Source: Paraspadella gotoi (lineage: Eukaryota > Animalia > Chaetognatha). Taken from it: a stretch of DNA of 64,000 bases. The translations under genes were made by a program, and so were the position numbers. The DNA lies in the NCBI GenBank assembly GCA_051294375.1, contig CM119264.1, positions 10,577,832 to 10,641,831 of the forward strand. The letters run 5' to 3'. The first letter of the stretch is position 1; every line of letters begins with the position of its first letter. Shown here piece by piece: positions 42,487 to 54,785 of the stretch. The notes beneath the pieces were generated by a model. That model was given only the letters and a program-made list of their open reading frames with translations, was not told where the DNA came from and did not search any database.

Positions 42487-42550
<64 letters not shown>

Positions 42551-43039
42551 GACCAGAAACTGAGTTTACATCTTTACGACCAAATTGTTTTCACGTTTTA
42601 TTTTCTTGGAGGATTGTTATGGAGGAAAAAGGAGAGAAAAAACTTATATGTCGCCCGTTCCAAACTTTATCGCAAGTCCATTCTTTTTATCACATTACCA
42701 TATAATAATTTTTCCTCTCACGTTTTTTTTTCACATCTTTATCTTTATCAATTTTAATTCGGTCCGGGGCTTCAACGATTTTTGTTGTTGTTGTTTTGTC
42801 AGCAAGAATATGAATAGTCGTCGTCGCCGTTGTTGTGGTCGTAATTATCGTCATTATTGTCGTTGCCGTCGTCATCGTCCTTATTTTCTTCTTTCCGCCT
42901 GGGGTTGTTCTTCTTGTTGTTGTTGTTCTTTGTTACGTCAATCAACTTTTTTTTTCTCCGCTTATAGTTATACTCCCATTCCTTGTTATTCAGCATATAT
43001 TTTTCATCAAGGGTGAATATCCTTTTAACAAGCAGAGAT

Positions 43040-43080
<41 letters not shown>

Positions 43081-46000
43081 AGAGAGAGAAAGAGAGAGAG
43101 CGAGAAAGAGAGAGAGAGTTCTCGGAAATTGTGAGGAGGCTCACCAGCCGGCAGCCACCCTTTCCCTTTCCTACCAGTGCCAACCTTTCGCTTTCCGACG
43201 TGATGCGTTTTCATTTCCTCATGAACACCGGTCTTTACCCTCTCGCCCTCTTTAACAGCCTTTAATTAGTCTATTATACGCCATTAGTCTCACTCTTTAT
43301 CGACAAACAACATCTGTCACAACTCACAAGCCAGGAATACTTTCCGAAATTATCACCAACAAGTAATTCCATTCAGCCCAGCTCCAATTTCCTCCAGCCC
43401 TCAATCCATTCACCCGGGGCGTCGTCCCCCTTCCAATTTTCATAATCATCTTCCTCGACGTTATCCTCCCGTTTTTCTTGTTCTGCCATTTATCTCCTTC
43501 ATAATTCACATCGATTCACGGCGACGTCGACGCCTTTTTTTTTCACAACTCGCGCCGGAACTTCCGTTTTTAAAATTAAGACATAATTTGCAAATAAAGT
43601 GAGGCTTGTAGAAAACAAATGATCAGTCTAATGGTCGTTGAGAAGTTGCCATTCGTTGTTTACGTCACGCGCCGGAATTTCAAATTTGCTACGTCGAACT
43701 TTCGCTCTGTTTCGGATTCTACAAAATGGCGACTTCACCTTCCATCACTTTCAACGGTGATAACAATTACACATGATTTGGTCTATTGCAATGAAATGTC
43801 TTCATGAGGATTTACGAAATTATTATTAAATTATTATTTATCAAAATTATAAGTATTTTCTTTAGTTTTACTTTTTCCGTATCAGGACATCGACCTTCAT
43901 TCCTTTTAAATTAATATCAGTTGGTGCTGACTTCGCAGATTTTCCATCTCATTTCGCAAAACACTTCATTTCTCTTTGGTTTCATTACGGGTCTTTTTTC
44001 CTCTTTTCAATTTCCAACTGGTATTTTTCCCGCCGTATCTACGTTGGCTTCGGATACTGGACTTGGCCCAAAAGATAAATCAAGAAAGTCATAATAAAAA
44101 TAGTCAAGTTTGAAAGAGAGTTCAAACAAATATCAGACTTATCAGCTCTCCATTAGCTTTATGAAGTTTATCCCACTTAAAATATACAGATATGGTCCAC
44201 ATCCGCCGGAATAACCCTGTCTCGCCAGGTTGCCAAGAGAAATCCCGATCGCCATGACCATTCATCACGTGAGTCGCCCGAGCGGCGTTCCCGTCCCCAC
44301 TCACGGGCACAAGAGGGCGTGGCTCTTCTTAATGGGTCTCGCCAGCGAAGCTAATTGAGTTCGAGAAGTCGCGAAGGTGGTAATCTGTTGGGACTCGTAG
44401 TAAACTCGAAGTGATTAGAACAAAATTATATTAAGAAGGAGAGTAAATGTAATAACGTTGGCTTTGCGAGCACTGAAAGATTCCCGATAGTACCATGCGT
44501 AGTTATGACTTATGAGATAATGTACAACAGGAGAACTGTCTAAATCATATTCCAGGTAGCTTTTCAGTTCAATAAATCTGAGCAAAGAGTGAGGAATTGA
44601 GTTAAAAATTTGTCTTTGACCAAGTTGTTTGGCTCAGTCAGAGGGAGGGGTGATTATATTAAATCAATTTCGTCCCCTGCCTCATCTTTTTCATATTCGT
44701 CGTCCAGCTCCCGCGAGTGCCCGAGTTCCCGGGAACTCTTTTCTTTCAGACTAAAAGATCAAGGATACCTCACCTCACCTCACCTCGACTGTCGCTTCTA
44801 GTTTCTTTTTTTTTTTTGAGGGGGGGGGGAGGTAGGGAACGAGGCGAGAGGGAACAAGCAACAGTTGCCTCCAGCGTGAAGAAGGGGGCAAGAAATCCTC
44901 GTCACCGCTTTGTATTGCCCTTTGCTCATCGTTATATTTACATTTTCTGATGAATAAATTTTTTACATCTAATTTTTAATAAGGCAAAACTTATCTAGAA
45001 CTTTTTTTTTTTGTCAATCCGTTGATTTGTCGATTTAGTCGGTCTTCTTGCTTCCCCCCCCCGCAAACTTGAGTTGAAGAGCCGTCGAGATACGATCCGA
45101 CGTCATCGTCGCCGCCGAAGACATCAACGTCGTTTTGGATCGTAAGGAGAGTCTCCCCATCTGCGGCACGTCTTCCTCCCTGTGCGCTTCTCTGAGGAGA
45201 ATCATAAATCACCGAATTTAAAAACGCGAATGACAATATCGGTCGTCTAATAAAGACAATATAGACAATTCCTAATACTCTATTTGTCTCGATTAATTCA
45301 AATTGAACTTAAGAAAATTTTTTTTTTGTTCGAAATTGACGTGAAATGAGATAAGAGACGTCAATTTCGGTACAATTTCGTGACAAGTTTCGGTTAAAAG
45401 TTCAAAATTCAACTTGTTAAAAAAGGAAAAAAAAGTTCAACTACCAGTCCAACATCCCTTTATTAATGATTTACTTTGTGGTGAATGAAAATAGGGCCAA
45501 GTAATAATATTATAACCTATAGATATTGACAAGCTTGAAATGTGACAACGCGCTCAACCTGATCTTCACGAAAGTGTTCGTCCCCGGCGCGTTTTTCTTG
45601 AGTTCGTCTTGATGAATGACCTCAGTCGTGATGTAGAACGGGGCCATCTCTTCGATCTCCTTCTTCTCCTCCACACGAAGCGTCCCTGGGCCGCAAAGTG
45701 GGCGTGGCGAGTTAAGCGCTGACGCCAATAATCGTGCCAATCGAGTTGGTTGTTAACTCAACAATCTCTTCCAATTACTTTTTCTGGATCCCAAAACATT
45801 ATCCACGTTTCTCTAATCCATGCTCGCCTTGAAATCGCTGCCAACTACTCTCCAAAAACCAGAGCTTCGTCTTTAAACTATCCGTTTCCCTGAGGACTTC
45901 GGCGATTTCTGCCTCCAATTTCTGTTTCCTTTGCTCAGGAGAAATGAGTTGACTGTCTCTCGAGTGGGTGGAGCCTGAGAAGGAGAGGGTAGGATTCAGC

Positions 46001-46343
46001 GGGGCAGAGAATAGAACTATGGTGATCACTGATCAGTGATCACAGTTTACTCACCGGTCCATTCACCGTCCAATCGCCTCCCCTCCACTAACCTTCGCTT
46101 TGCTCTTCCTCCTCCTCTTCCTCATCCTCGAGTTCTGCGGAATAACACGTATTATTAAATCAATCATAAAATGAATTATTTATTTAATTAATTATTTAAT
46201 TTATTAAATAAGCAAAACGAATGAACGCGTTTTTTCGTAATCGTTGTCGCTTACCCATCATATGTACTGCTAAGTTAATGTTTGTTTGTTTTTTTATTAA
46301 CGTTACCCGATTCCTCGGTCGGTGAAGACTCTGTGTCCGCCAT
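37776..46343 (-). CDS. CCDC113: CCDC113/CFAP263-like cilia-associated coiled-coil protein (DUF4201 family), 11 exons, ~508 aa
   Basis: Exons 46343-46307, 46134-46093, 45974-45828, 45685-45559, 45191-45069, 44750-44681, 40990-40819, 40166-39970, 39699-39536, 38457-38283, 38048-37776 join in frame (1527 nt). Colinear with human CCDC113 as recalled: ETDSLKTKLWFLES~VNSALKTETEMFEK, LNLKEK~LTADQK, ILRLSNQNL...EGFTEMDLEIAQVDN~KLRLKNVSL...EALHDVDFQQLKIEN, EYHCPETLAYV~EFRAPQVMTYV, KFNIADLSLK~KVEIAEMSLK. Confidence 0.75.
39536..40166 (-). CDS. CCDC113: CCDC113-like exons 8-9 (DUF4201 core)
   Basis: KRPYYDAQCLRRVHQEHVGSAKTKKGILRLSNQNLNHANLKMADLLQRKRDNKEGFTEMDLEIAQ | VDNEKLSRENATMDADLKGIHSTMNDTIFNYRRAEKRLRHFEKENVRLQKDMRI, with canonical GT-AG boundaries. 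Confidence 0.8.
41259..41332 (-). ncRNA. Twister ribozyme-like motif, type P5 (divergent variant)
   Basis: Minus strand GCAGT-TAA-GAGG-GA-CGG-GGCGCT-TAA-CCC-GC-C-TGTAACA-CGG-TGTTACA-G-CCTGA-TCCGAAGA-TCAGG-G-ACTGC. P5, P3 (7 bp), P4 (5 bp) and T1 (CCG/CGG) are intact. P2 is short by 1 nt and the last L4 base is A instead of C. Confidence 0.6.
41336..41407 (-). mobile_element. tRNA-Gly-like SINE head directly upstream of the twister motif
   Basis: 7-bp acceptor stem GCGGCCA/TGGTCGC, T-arm CCGGG/CCCGG around GTTCTAG, and TTCGCCTCCCAA resembling the Gly(CCC) anticodon region. The anticodon stem is degenerate, so it is not a functional tRNA. Confidence 0.6.
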
Positions 46344-46595
46344 TTTTTTTCCGCTGAAACTTTTTTCTTATAGGAGAAAATTCAAATTTTTTACTGAAGA
46401 CTACGAAAATTACTATAAACTGATCATCTTTTTAATACTTTATTTTTTTCCCGTTATTCTAGAAAATAATCTTTAAGAGATCGAAATAGAATGAATATTC
46501 AAGTAGTGAGAAGTCGTGTAGTAATTAGATTGAAAAAAATAATTGTATTATCGCTTTTTAAAAAAAGTAACCGAACTATAACTTGTTCGCAGCGA

Positions 46596-46622
46596 TGTTT
46601 ACTAATGTTTACTAATGTTTAC
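46596..46622. promoter_or_regulatory. Three tandem forkhead sites (TGTTTAC) at 10-bp spacing in a putative bidirectional promoter
   Basis: TGTTTAC at 46596, 46606 and 46616, about 250 bp upstream of the CCDC113-like ATG. Reverse complement GTAAACA fits the FOX core RYAAAYA. Confidence 0.45.
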
Positions 46623-47094
46623 TTCGGTTAAAAATATTTTTACAGTTTTTTTTTTTCATTGGGAGTCTCGAATGGAAAAGCTCGTTGGAAAGAATCGCTT
46701 GCAATGAATGTTCAATCAGATTTTAAGATTACCGCCCGAATTACAAAAATAACAAAGATAATAAAAGCTACTTCGGAAACAAAAGAATAGGAATATTCCC
46801 TTCCGAATTTATTAATATATTAAGTTCTCGTCGACCCTTGTTCGGATTCCCCGCGAGGCATTGATGCCGGATCTTCTGAATGAGGATTTGTTTTCATCTT
46901 TTATCCTGAGTTCTTTCCGTTTTATCTCTTTTTCCTCCAGAGGTCGAATGAATAAGAGATCACGGTTTTTTCTCGAGTCCAAAAATAACCGAACTCTACC
47001 TTTATCTTAGCACTAATCATTGAATAATCAGTGAACACTTATCAGTTGATCACTGATATTAGAGGGATTGGGGATATCAGGGTCATTAATTGAC

Positions 47095-47330
47095 CAGTAT
47101 GGTAACAGTCGGGTTGCCTGTGATGCCCATTGGGATGGGGCATCTCACTGTTGGTTTTGGGGGCTTCCGACACTCAGTGACGCCTCCTGTCACTGGCGCG
47201 GTCCCATAGGACAGTCGTTAGGACTGTAAATCGAACACAACGCTTGGGATGGAGTGTTGCCCCTCTCAGCCAATGGGATTGGCTGAATGAAGGTGGATGT
47301 GAGGCGGTGTGAATATATCGCCCCACCAGT
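47095..47330 (-). mobile_element. SINE-like element, twister-bearing family (internally deleted copy)
   Basis: A-box TGGCTGAGAGG (47272-47262), B-box-like GTTCGATTT (47236-47228), twister remnant 47216-47150, shared 3' hairpin. Confidence 0.75.
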
Positions 47331-47415
47331 TTCTAATTTCATTAAGTTTTTAAAACAATAAAACTCCATTGGTTGTTTCATATTCGAACGAAACATTTTT
47401 TCTCTTTTCCCGCAG

Positions 47416-48419
47416 TTTTTCCCGCTACGATCGAGTGCTGTGTGGATGAGATCGACCCCTGGTGTCGCAACCTCGCTTGCCGCAGACTACGGGGGCTCAT
47501 GGAGGCGGAGGAATTGATGACAAAGACGACGACGACGACGACGAATAAAAAAAAAACGAAACCAACAAAGAAAAATCAAAAATCTCAAAACTCAAATGAA
47601 TCGGAAACGAAAATCGAGTCGATGATTAAAGAAACTGAATCTTCGTTTTCGGCGCCGCCGACATCGCTTCCGACATCGCCTCCGACATCACAGCCGCCGA
47701 CGCCGCCGCCAATGCCGCCGCCGCTCCCTCCGTCGCTCCCATCATCTGAAAACGATTTCAAACAAAATTGGATTTCTGTTTTGACAGAAAAAACTGAGGG
47801 ATTAGGTTTCGAAGAAAAATCTTTGTCGCAATCTTCGTCGGAAATGCGAGAAGAAAAAACCCAGACGATGATGACGACGATCTCGACGTGTGACACGAGG
47901 GCGACGATGACAACGACTTCATTGTCGTCGGTGCCAATTACGTCACAGGCATTTACTACTGCCTCTCTGCGGTTGGGCGGGTAAATTGCTGGCTCCTTTT
48001 GAAGTGAAGTTGCCTTGATATATCGTGTCACTTGTGTATTAAAAAAGAACCTTTCAGCGATGTTGATTGGGGTTGAGTTGATAAATATTTTGCGTGAATG
48101 TACTTAAAAACGTTTTATAACACATAGATATTGTTTGTCGACGTTCATTTGTTCAATCTTCTCCCCCTTATAGTATATATAGTGTTATACGTGGATTATC
48201 TATTCCAATTACAGTCAAGTAAACCTGGACGAAACCAAAGAAAGAGAAGAAGAAGAAGGAGGCGGGGTGGCGCCACCGTCCACTTCGTCCGCGTCGCCGT
48301 CGTCAGCGTCAAAGGAATCGGAATCGAGGCTTCTGACGGAGACGGAGGCGGAGGCGTTGAGATCGACCCTGGCGAGAACTCAAATCATCAAAGACTGTCA
48401 ACGCATCCTTGAGGATTTA

Positions 48420-48455
<36 letters not shown>

Positions 48456-51400
48456 AACGACGTCCAGCACGATGACGATCCCCACAACCGCCAGCACGGC
48501 GGCGACAACGAACGCGACGACACGGAAGACGACGACGATAATGCGGACGATGATGACGTCAGAAAATCCGAAGGGAAATCGAAGAATGGAAGTCCGTGGG
48601 AGGAAGATTCCACGCGGTTCCATCTTTTCGTTCATCAGGTAATTCGTAACATCGTTCATCGCTTCGTCTGCAGGTCCATTCATTCGTTCGTCAGTTCATT
48701 AATCATTTCGTTTGTAAAAAAAATATTCACCGGCTCGATCATAAGTTTATGATATCCATCCTCATACTCATTATATTATTTGAATAACTATAATCGATTA
48801 TTATTTTTTTAGTTTTAGTTTGGTGATTATTAGGAGGGTGGAAAAGGGGGCAAGGGGTTGCAAGGATGGTAGAGGAGAAAGAATGAAAAGCTGACGAAAA
48901 GCTGATGAAAAACGACGAGAGAAAAGCGCGAATCCAACGATAAAAATATCTTAATTGCGAACGATAAGGAAGAAATTGAAAGCCATACTGCGAATATAGG
49001 AAAAAATGAGATAAATGTGAGGCTATTGAATGTGGCTGTGATATGAAGAGACCGTGGTAAACGCAAGAAGTGATACTCAGATTGGTGAATGGTGATTGTA
49101 TTATTTGTACCGTTGTTGAATCTCGCATTGAGACCGAAAATTCGCCGATTGCGACGCCAACGACGAAGGACAAATTACCATTTTTCAATCCAACCAAGAT
49201 GACGACGACGAAGACGACGACGAAGATGGCGTCTGTGACGACGAAACGATAGGAAAAAAAAATCCATTTTCCCCCTCGGGTCTAAATATAAAGGAGAAAA
49301 ACAGAATAAGACGTGAAAGGCGAGGAATTTTTATGCTGACAAATGGAGGATGCGGAACAAAAGGACAATCGGTTGATAATTAAAAAGTATTTTGCACTGT
49401 GAAGATCTATTTCGATGCGATGCCACATGAATGAATGAATATCAATTGATTAATTCGTAGAGTTTCCGCTTTGTATGAAAAATAAGAGGGAGACGTATCG
49501 TAGTAACGTTAATTGAAACAATGCAGAATGCTCAAAGTAGATTTAGGAAATACGAAATTTACAATTTGTTTAGAAAAATATCGAATCGCGGGAAAATTTG
49601 ACACAGGAGGCAGTAAATTACTATTAGTTTTTTTTTCATTCCGCCATTTTTTAAAAAGGTTTTTATTTTTCATGATCATAATGCTCTCTCTTCTTTATTT
49701 ACTTCTCGATCTGTTTATCATCTCTCCATATTTTTTTTCGTCTTCATATTCTCTCTTTATCACTCCCAGAGGCCCTACTTCGTCTAATCTCCAATTCTCC
49801 TAATCTCCGATATCACATTATTCCGTTTTTTTTTATCTCGAACCGTTCTCTCTTGTATCGCTTCCTTCCTTCTTATTACTTTCCTTCTTTTATCCCTCCT
49901 TCCTTTATGGATTTTTTTCCCTTGTTTTTACATTCCACGCAGAGTTTTGTCCTTACTTTTCTCCACAAGTATTCTTACAATTGCACCCCTCTCCCAATGT
50001 TATACACTTTTATTTCATCCCTCTCCCTTTCTATCCCTTTCTTCCTCGTTCCTCCTTCCTCCCAGATTTCTTTTTTCATTTCTCCTCATATTCCTACCTC
50101 CCTCTTTCCTCTTTCTGTTGCATCTCTTCCTCCTCCCTTTCTCCTCTCGTTCCTTCACTCATTCCTCCGATTCTCTTCATAAAAGGCGGACGACGCCGAC
50201 GACGCCGGCGACGGTGAAGATCGTCACAAACGCCGCGGGGAAATTAAAGTCGGCGACGCTGCCGTTTCCAAGGCGGCTGAGTCGGCGGCGGCGGCGATGG
50301 AAAGGCAAGCGGCGTCGGGGGCGGCGCTGATTACGGAGTTTGAGGCGGCGCCGGTGGCGAACTTGGAGGCGGCAACGAAGGATAAACCAATTGAGCTGGC
50401 GTCACGGGCAAAGGCGACGTTGAACGTAGCGGCGTCGGCGGCGATTGAGAAGTCTCGAATTCAATCCACGCCGGAATCGACGACGACGACGACGACGACG
50501 CCGGAAACAACAAAGGGCGAAAGAGCGCCGGTTGCCGCGAGTGACGGAAGCGGCGTCGAATCAAGACTCAATCGTCGGCGGCGGATAAAAAGGAAGGAGT
50601 CGCGAAATCGTAAGAAATTAAAAGAAAAGAATCGAGTATGGATCGGGGGGGGGCGGTTGAGACGGGAAAACATTGCCTGGTTACAGGCTAGTTAAGACAA
50701 TTTAGACTTATACGATTTTTCATGGCATGATGAGATCCCACGGGTCCTCATTTAAAGGTGAGAAGGCAGACGCCGGTCGGNNNNNNNNNNCACGCCCCTG
50801 ATATCTGTCCGTTGCCATTGGTCTTTGTTAAAGACTCGTAGCTTTGATCATCGTTCAAAGTTAATGTTCGGGATTCCCGCACTGAATCAGTTCTTCTCTT
50901 CCATTCGACAGCCGAGTTTCCGATTCCAAAACAGCGAAGGCGACGGTTCCCTCTTTTTTTCATTCCGGGAATAAAAATAAATAATTCAAACCGGCGCCTC
51001 GAAGAAGAAACGCGCCGGCTGGAAATTATTACCGGGGACAGATCGCAGAGGGTTTTTTTTTTTCCAAAGATTACGATGAAGACGAAAAAGACGACAACGA
51101 TGACGACAAAAAGGGCGGACCCCTTTCGCTTCCTGTTGCCCGCGAAATTGTCGAAACAGTCGCGATTTAAAATTTTTGTCGTCGCGAAGAAAAGATTCTG
51201 TTCTTGACAGCGACAAATATGGCGCGGAAGCAAATTCGCCATCGTTTTCGCTCCCCAGTCCCCAGTCCCCACTCCCATCCACCCGATTCCCCACATCCCA
51301 CGTCCCCCCGGAGAAGGAATTGGGTAGAGAACTTTCGGTGACGCGACTGACGCTTCCTCCGCTTCTCCCGAAAATGACAAGAGATTTTGATGGCGGGAAT

Positions 51401-51896
51401 CGAATCAAATCAGGAAACTACTTTCGAGATTAAGGAATTTTTACTAAGGGATATATTTTTTGTATCTGTTAATGGCGAATAATAGCCTGACTTTATACCA
51501 GGCTTATTTAATATTAAGTTAAAAAAATATGAGTAAAATGTATTGGATTGAAATTTCGCTCTACCAGTAATAGACCCTCTTTTTTTGCGACTCCGAATCA
51601 AGGGCGATAGCGGTCGTCTGTTCTGAAATCCAAATACGGGTTTTCCTTTTCGCTACTGCCAAGTGCCCAGTGCCCACTTAGACTTCAAGTTGTAGATAAT
51701 TGTCTTTTGTCCCTTGCATTATTTCAGTCTTACTTTAATTTTCTTTATCCTTTTGTTCAGTCTGGTTCGACGCTGCGGATCGACTTCAGAAGGACATCGA
51801 TGACGACGATGATGACGAAGCGGACGTCGCCTTCAAGAACTACCCCGTCTTCTCGACGCTCCCGCGAAATCACCTCAACTACACCAGCTTCAGATC
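47416..51896 (+). CDS. Multi-exon low-complexity protein of unknown function (exons 47416-47980, 48215-48638, 50186-~50686; possibly ~46825-46918 and 51761-51896)
   Basis: Phase-consistent junctions GG|gtaaat..ttacag|T and CAG|gtaatt..aaaag|GCG. P/S/T-, D- and A-rich segments. No domain recognised with confidence. Confidence 0.55.
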
Positions 51897-52328
51897 GTGA
51901 GTTATTTATTTTTTCTTTCGTAGAGGCAAAGGTGACACCCGGTGATGGGGAACCGAGGCACGCAGATGGGAAAATGAGGAAGCTAGAGTGAAAATGGAAA
52001 ACCCGGAAACCTAAAAAGTAAAAATGGCTCGGGGGGAAAAAGGGAAATTCAAAATTGAAAATGGAGTGGGAAAAATGGCAACCCTGAAAAGTTAGGAAGA
52101 AATCATAGTTGGTTCGAGAGGCGCCATCAAAACAAAGAAGGAAATGAAACGAAAAACAGAAAAGGTTTTAAACGAAATACTGCAGTTCTTGTCATTTACT
52201 TTTTCTCTCTCGTCGTTATCCCAATTCATTTATTCATGAGTTTGATATCGAAAGTCTACGTGATCCGGCTTCGTCTTTCGCGCCTCCGTAACTTCTTTTT
52301 ATCCCCGGTTCATCGTCGGAATATAAGG

Positions 52329-52600
52329 TTTTAGTTGCGCCGCGAGTACTCGCAGAGCAACTCTATAAGTCATTTTGCGATCGGTCGGTCGGTATGTCTG
52401 ACCATCGGTCTGTCCCACATACATGAAAAACGCTTATAACTTGCCTTTAGTTTGTTTCTCATTTGTTAAAAATCAAATCTAAGCGACTTCTGGCACCGCC
52501 TTTTGTTTTTAAAGAAATCTTATAAACTATAAGGAATAAATGACATGGTAAGTAAAAAGAAAAGTAATGCGGCGCAACACCTTGGAATAACCGTTCCTTG
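52329..52600 (-). mobile_element. DINE-1/HINE-like element, copy 2
   Basis: Reverse-complement match to 33615-33982, including the terminal hairpin and caaggaacggttattccaaggtgttg. Confidence 0.6.
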
Positions 52601-53059
52601 TTTTTCCCTTTTTTTTGTTACTTTCTTTTCATTTTCTCGGGTCTACTTTTTTTCTATGATCGTTTTTTTATTTTCGCAACTTTATCTTTTCCGTATTTTC
52701 TTACTTTTTTCGTTTTAGATTCATTTTAATTCCAACACCTTTTTTGAGTATGTATCTTTTACGAGGATTTTTTCGATTTTTCGATCTTGCTTGTCGTGTT
52801 TACGATACGGTTCTCCCAATTCCATTCACCTCCTCATGCAAGGTTCCCTTCATTTTTCATTTTTGCAATCTAGAATTTGGAGTTATTACCCTTGGAAAGA
52901 GTTGTATTCAAATTTTTCAGANNNNNNNNNNNNNNNNNNNNNNNNNNNNNNNNNNNNNNNNNNNNNNNNNNNNNNNNNNNNNNNNNNNNNNNNNNNNNNN
53001 NNNNNNNNNNNNNNNNNNNNTCTCTCTCTCTATTTCTCACTCTCTGCTCCGTCCATTCA

Positions 53060-53097
<38 letters not shown>

Positions 53098-53179
53098 TCT
53101 TTGGCACGCGATTGGCGCAAGACGACTATCACTTCTTTCACCGGAATCGCGCGTGAACGGAATCGGTGAACGAGGATAA

Positions 53180-53369
53180 AAAATAAAAAATAAAAATTTA
53201 AGTCTAAGCGAACTTACCGGGTATAAATTAGATTAGCGGAAGTAAGAATAAAAAAGAAATATACGTTTAATCTTACTACTAAAATAAAAAAAATTATATA
53301 GAATGAAATAAAAAATAAAAATTTAAGTGTAAGCGAACTTACCGGGTATAAATTAGATTAGCGGAAGTA
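53180..53369. repeat. 125-bp tandem repeat running into a gap
   Basis: aagcgaacttaccgggtataaattagattagcggaagta recurs at a 125-nt period. Confidence 0.8.
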
Positions 53370-54048
53370 NNNNNNNNNNNNNNNNNNNNNNNNNNNNNNN
53401 NNNNNNNNNNNNNNNNNNNNNNNNNNNNNNNNNNNNNNNNNNNNNNNNNNNNNNNNNNNNNNNNNNNNNNNNNNNNNNNNNNNNNNNNNNNNNNNNNNNN
53501 NNNNNNNNNNNNNNNNNNNNNNNNNNNNNNNNNNNNNNNNNNNNNNNNNNNNNNNNNNNNNNNNNNNNNNNNNNNNNNNNNNNNNNNNNNNNNNNNNNNN
53601 NNNNNNNNNNNNNNNNNNNNNNNNNNNNNNNNNNNNNNNNNNNNNNNNNNNNNNNNNNNNNNNNNNNNNNNNNNGTGGAATTGTAATATAGATTCGTTCA
53701 AAATTTCCCCTCTATATTGAATCCCGAGTCGAAGCCATCGAACAAACAATCATGAAAGAATGTGAATTTGTTTTATTTTTAAATAGTAAATTCNNNNNNN
53801 NNNNNNNNNNNNNNNNNNNNNNNNNNNNNNNNNNNNNNNNNNNNNNNNNNNNNNNNNNNNNNNNNNNNNNNNNNNNNNNNNNNNNNNNNNNNNNNNNNNN
53901 NNNNNNNNNNNNNNNNNNNNNNNNNNNNNNNNNNNNNNNNNNNNNNNNNNNNNNNNNNNNNNNNNNNNNNNNNNNNNNNNNNNNNNNNNTGCAGCATTAG
54001 AACGTTGAACCTTTGCTTGAATTTTACATGGAACAAATTTCAATGATC

Positions 54049-54194
54049 ATATGGCATCAGACGGGTTGCCGGTGATGCCCATAGGGATGGGAATGTTGTC
54101 GTTAGGGGCTTCTGACCCTCAGAGGCGCCGCCAGTCAACGGCGCGGTTACCCTAGGACTGTCACGCTTAGCCAACGTCGAGAGAAGTCGTTAAG
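54049..54194 (-). mobile_element. SINE-like element with twister motif (54175-54095), cut by a gap
   Basis: GTTGGC-TAA-GCGT-GA-CAG-TCC-TA-GGG-TAA-CCGC-GC-C-...-G-AGGG-TCAGAAGC-CCCT-AAC-GACAAC. Confidence 0.7.
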
Positions 54195-54545
54195 NNNNNN
54201 NNNNCAAAATTTCCCCTCTAAATTGAATCCCGAGTCGAAGCCATCGAACAAACAATCACGAAAGAATGTGAATTTGTTTTATTTTTAAATAGTAAATTCN
54301 NNNNNNNNNNNNNNNNNNNNNNNNNNNNNNNNNNNNNNNNNNNNNNNNNNNNNNNNNNNNNNNNNNNNNNNNNNNNNNNNNNNNNNNNNNNNNNNNNNNN
54401 NNNNNNNNNNNNNNNNNNNNNNNNNNNNNNNNNNNNNNNNNNNNNNNNNNNNNNNNNNNNNNNNNNNNNNNNNNNNNNNNNNNNTGCAGCATTAGAACGT
54501 TGAACCTTTGCTTGAATTTTACATCGAACAAATTTCAATAATCAA

Positions 54546-54785
54546 ATATGGCATCAGACGGGTTGCCGGTGATGCCCATTGGGATGGGAATGTTGTCGTT
54601 AGGGGCTTCTGACCCACAGTGGCGCCGACAGTCAACGGCGCGGTTACACTTGGACTGTCACGCTGAGCCAACGTAGAGAGAAGTCGTTAAGACTGTGAAT
54701 GGAACGTAACGCTTGGGATGGTGCGTTCCCCGTCTGAGACGAGGGGATTGGGTGAACGATGGTGAATGGAAGGCGGCCACAACCG
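54546..54785 (-). mobile_element. SINE-like element with twister motif (54672-54592), second unit of a ~500-bp tandem duplication
   Basis: Near-identical to 54049-54194 and colinear with 18083-18340. Confidence 0.7.

Noticed and set aside
44185-44400. GC-rich intronic island as an HDV-like ribozyme
   Set aside because: A P3-like TCA-TCACG-TGA is present, but the loop is too short and I found no P1/P1.1 partner.
52744-54538. ORFs containing long X runs
   Set aside because: They are open only because they cross N gaps.
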